A stretch of 64,000 nucleotides of DNA, taken from positions 18,724,001 to 18,788,000 of the forward strand of contig CM052823.1 of the NCBI GenBank assembly GCA_028534125.1, in the 5' to 3' direction. The position numbers and the translations under genes were made by a program. The notes under the pieces are model-generated. The model made no database searches, had not been told where the DNA came from, and saw nothing but the letters and a program-made list of their open reading frames with translations. This document shows positions 63,427-64,000 of the stretch, one piece after another. The stretch is from Lama glama (taxonomy: Eukaryota). Numbering within the stretch: position 1 is the stretch's first letter; each line of letters begins with the position of its first letter.

Positions 63427-64000
63427 CTGAAAAGAATGGTGACTTGGAGGGAAAGAAAAGCTATAAACTCTAGATTATTTCAAAATGTTCTTTCTGAGAC
63501 ACAGGAAAGTTAAGTCAGTTTTTCAGAGACCCAACAAACTCTTCTTAAAATCCCAGCTTATCCCATGTGTCACAGCCATGAGAACTTGAGTGTCTCTGTG
63601 CCACAGTTTCTAAATATGCAAAATGAGGATAACAGGCTTGATCAATGAACGGCGGGTGTGTAATGCCCGTGGTGACTCGTCCAAAATAACGAGTCTCTGA
63701 CCTTCATTCCTGTGCTGAGTTCCCTGAAACACACCTCCTTCCATGTCTTTGGATAGAAGGATGGGGCTCAAAAGAAGGCACACGTGAAAGAGGAGAGGCC
63801 GTCACATGAACTTGAGATGTTGGGCAGGAAGGGGATTGAAACGTGCACTGAGACCACGACTGTGCTCAGGTTGGATAATCAGGCGTCTGCACATCAGTCC
63901 TTATGGCTCAGCCAGCTGCACATCCGACAGAGCCTCACCAGGAGGAGAAGAGAATGAGTCACCGCACACTGCGTCCGAGGGAAAACGAATCCAGGCAGTG

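Larger units (their letters stand above)
52840..63830 (-). pseudogene. Decayed GAF-GAF cyclic-nucleotide phosphodiesterase gene (PDE2/5/6/10/11 class), unitary pseudogene; 5' end may lie beyond the window
   Basis: Collinear exon remnants: GAF-A SLQGCGYIAALQLCILHTKDV ~ PDE5A [32 protein letters not shown] and KSIL/LPVK; catalytic PHHFHSHTGILLCSGHRSI ~ PDE10A QHHFSQTVSILQLEGHNI; GFLMKA ~ GLMMTA; PLL*ERQKAGIWREL ~ PLLDGCRKNRQKWQAL. Many canonical splice sites; stops and frameshifts throughout. Confidence 0.8.

Noticed and set aside
52840-63830. Calling this PDE5A, PDE10A, PDE11A or a processed pseudogene
   Set aside because: Similarity is low and mixed between families; segments are separated by introns with splice sites, which excludes a simple retrocopy.
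1-64000. CRISPR arrays, tRNA/rRNA, prokaryotic systems
   Set aside because: Mammalian DNA; no repeat-spacer periodicity or structural RNA gene was recognised.

Overview
AT-rich eutherian genomic DNA with two N gaps. It is probably camelid: the young L1 3'UTRs look camelid-type and no Alu, Bov, PRE or Can SINEs were seen. No intact protein-coding gene, RNA gene or CRISPR array was found. Much of the window is ancient repeats (L2, MIR, MLT1/MLT2/LTR33, MER8, L1). Manual translation of the unique DNA between repeats shows two adjacent, minus-strand, intron-containing and heavily decayed unitary pseudogenes. (1) A GAF-A/GAF-B/catalytic cyclic-nucleotide phosphodiesterase of the PDE2/5/6/10/11 class at about 63.8 to 52.8 kb. 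(2) A large multi-RGS-domain gene of the RGSL1/RGS22 family at about 42.6 to 13 kb, with possible tail exons to about 2.9 kb and apparently one more RGS repeat than human RGSL1. An unassigned exon-like chain lies between them (48.2-49.7 kb). An MLT1 LTR with a TSD sits inside an RGS coding exon, suggesting loss in the placental stem lineage. Family assignments come from by-eye comparison with PDE5A/PDE10A/RGSL1/RGS22 sequences recalled from memory, not from a database search, and need TBLASTN/HMM confirmation. Repeat subfamily names and boundaries are approximate.
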